A stretch of 48,535 nt of DNA, filler included, from Jimgerdemannia flammicorona (taxonomy: Eukaryota): NCBI GenBank assembly GCA_003990765.1. It is 2 parts of 2 records of this genome, joined end to end, with 100 filler letters (N's around TTAATTAATTAA, not from the genome) between each part and the next. Parts side by side here need not be neighbours in the genome. Positions count along the whole stretch, not along the records: positions 24,322 to 48,535 come from RBNJ01001007.1; 1 more part is not named here. One strand, 5' to 3'. This document shows positions 47,352 through 48,535 of the stretch, piece after piece. How positions within the stretch are numbered: position 1 is the first letter of the stretch; each line of letters opens with the position of its first letter. The notes beneath the pieces were generated by a model, which saw only the letters and a program-made list of their open reading frames with translations, did no database searches and had not been told where the DNA came from. The position numbers and the translations under genes are program-made.

Positions 47352-48535
47352 AGCAACTTTTCTCCACTATCTTACCAGTCACAAGGTTTGGTAGGCAACC
47401 TTTCAAGTCCCCTTTCCCCTATTATTCTCCCTCTACCTCAGGTTGGTTTGCTGTGCCTATATGGGCATAGTGGGAGGAGGGCAATGGTGATGAGTTGCCC
47501 CTTTATCAGTGTCAGATCAGTGTTTTCTTCACTTTTTCATGGTTTCTGGTGTCTTCAGCTGCATCTGGAGTATATCCATTTTGGTGCAGCACCTTCTTCC
47601 TTTTGCCATCACTAATAAGGTGCTATCTCAGTGTATCTCAGGCTATATAGGGAGTTGGCTGACCTTGGTCATCAAGTGCTCAGTATAGGTTACCTGCAGA
47701 TCCTCAGTACTTATAGTGGGGCCCTCTGGCTTTGGCAAGCTTCCTGGTGAGTACAGTTCTGATATAGATGACTGTTTTTTGGGTGTTGTCAGGATGGGAG
47801 GGGAGATGGCCATCACAGATAAGAGGATGGATGATAATAGTGAACCAGTGGGATGCCAGGCTGGGGGTGGTCATTGGGGCTGGGGCAGACAATATTTTGG
47901 TGGGGCCTTTCGATTGACTGGTAGAGGGTGGGGTGGTACAGGGGCCGGTGTCCTGGCTGTACCCAACTGGAACCAGGAGCTGATACAGCAATGTAATTGA
48001 GGCCTGCAGGCTTGGGGAGTGGGGCCTTCCTCATTTGGCAGTACCTGACTGGAACCAGGAGCTAATATGGTAATACATATGATTAAGGCCCACAGGCTTG
48101 GGGAGTGGGAGTGGGGTCTTTTCTGGCCCTAGCTCATGTGTAAGTCCTTTGTGGAAGGTTCTGTATATAAGTCTTTTACTCACCTACTTTGAATCTACTT
48201 TGCTCTAAATTGGTTGGTTGGGGGGTTTTTTCTTTGCCTCGGGCTTTCTTTTGGAGTTTGGGGGGCTATTCTTTATTCAGTCCTGGTGCTGCTAGATCTG
48301 ATGCATAGGTGTGCTCTCACATTTAAACAATGATCCAGCCCTAGTGAGTAGACAAGTCTGGTCTATATTGTGGGGGTCAATATAGCTGGTATTTGATAGA
48401 TATAGCTGGAGCAGTGGGACTGCTGGACAATTTAGTAGCCTAGATTAATAGGGGGATATTTTTCAGTGAGTAGTGGGGGAGGGTTTTGGTCTATATAGTC
48501 TAGGTTCCCTTCTAATAAAAATCTGCAGGACTATG
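47352..48535 (+). mobile_element. Probable 3' part of retroposon family C (decayed coding end and long G/T-rich 3' UTR with a ~65-bp duplication)
   Basis: Abruptly replaces LINE-B ORF1; ends in the same motif that precedes poly(A) at 24322-24390; duplicated unit at ~47959-48024 and ~48041-48110. Confidence 0.5.

Overview
Eukaryotic, most likely fungal, heterochromatin-like window made almost entirely of nested, C-to-T/G-to-A-decayed transposable elements, with a 100-bp scaffold gap at 24222-24321. No intact host gene is visible. Contents: (1) the 5' end of a minus-strand Ty3/Gypsy element (1-1994) whose ~1.5-kb LTR appears to contain an intact 281-aa ORF; (2) an intron-containing BED-finger hAT transposon (1995-11943) split by two L1/Tx1-like LINEs; (3) a decayed multi-exon gene resembling a TET/JBP-type 2OG-Fe(II) dioxygenase (~12000-14200, minus); (4) about ten L1/Tx1-clade LINE copies of at least two families, several with poly(A) tails and target-site duplications (TSDs); (5) a structurally complete chromodomain Gypsy element (28955-38095, GTTGC TSD) with a single gag-dUTPase-PR-RT-RH-IN-chromo frame and an extra 3' ORF; (6) a repeat-rich DNA-transposon-like segment carrying an unknown spliced gene (38479-41033). 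The strongest novelty candidate is 'ORF-X', a non-env accessory gene with its own TATA box. It is shared by the two otherwise dissimilar Gypsy elements, lying between pol and the PPT in one and apparently inside the LTR in the other. All calls come from manual reading and translation; no database searches were run.
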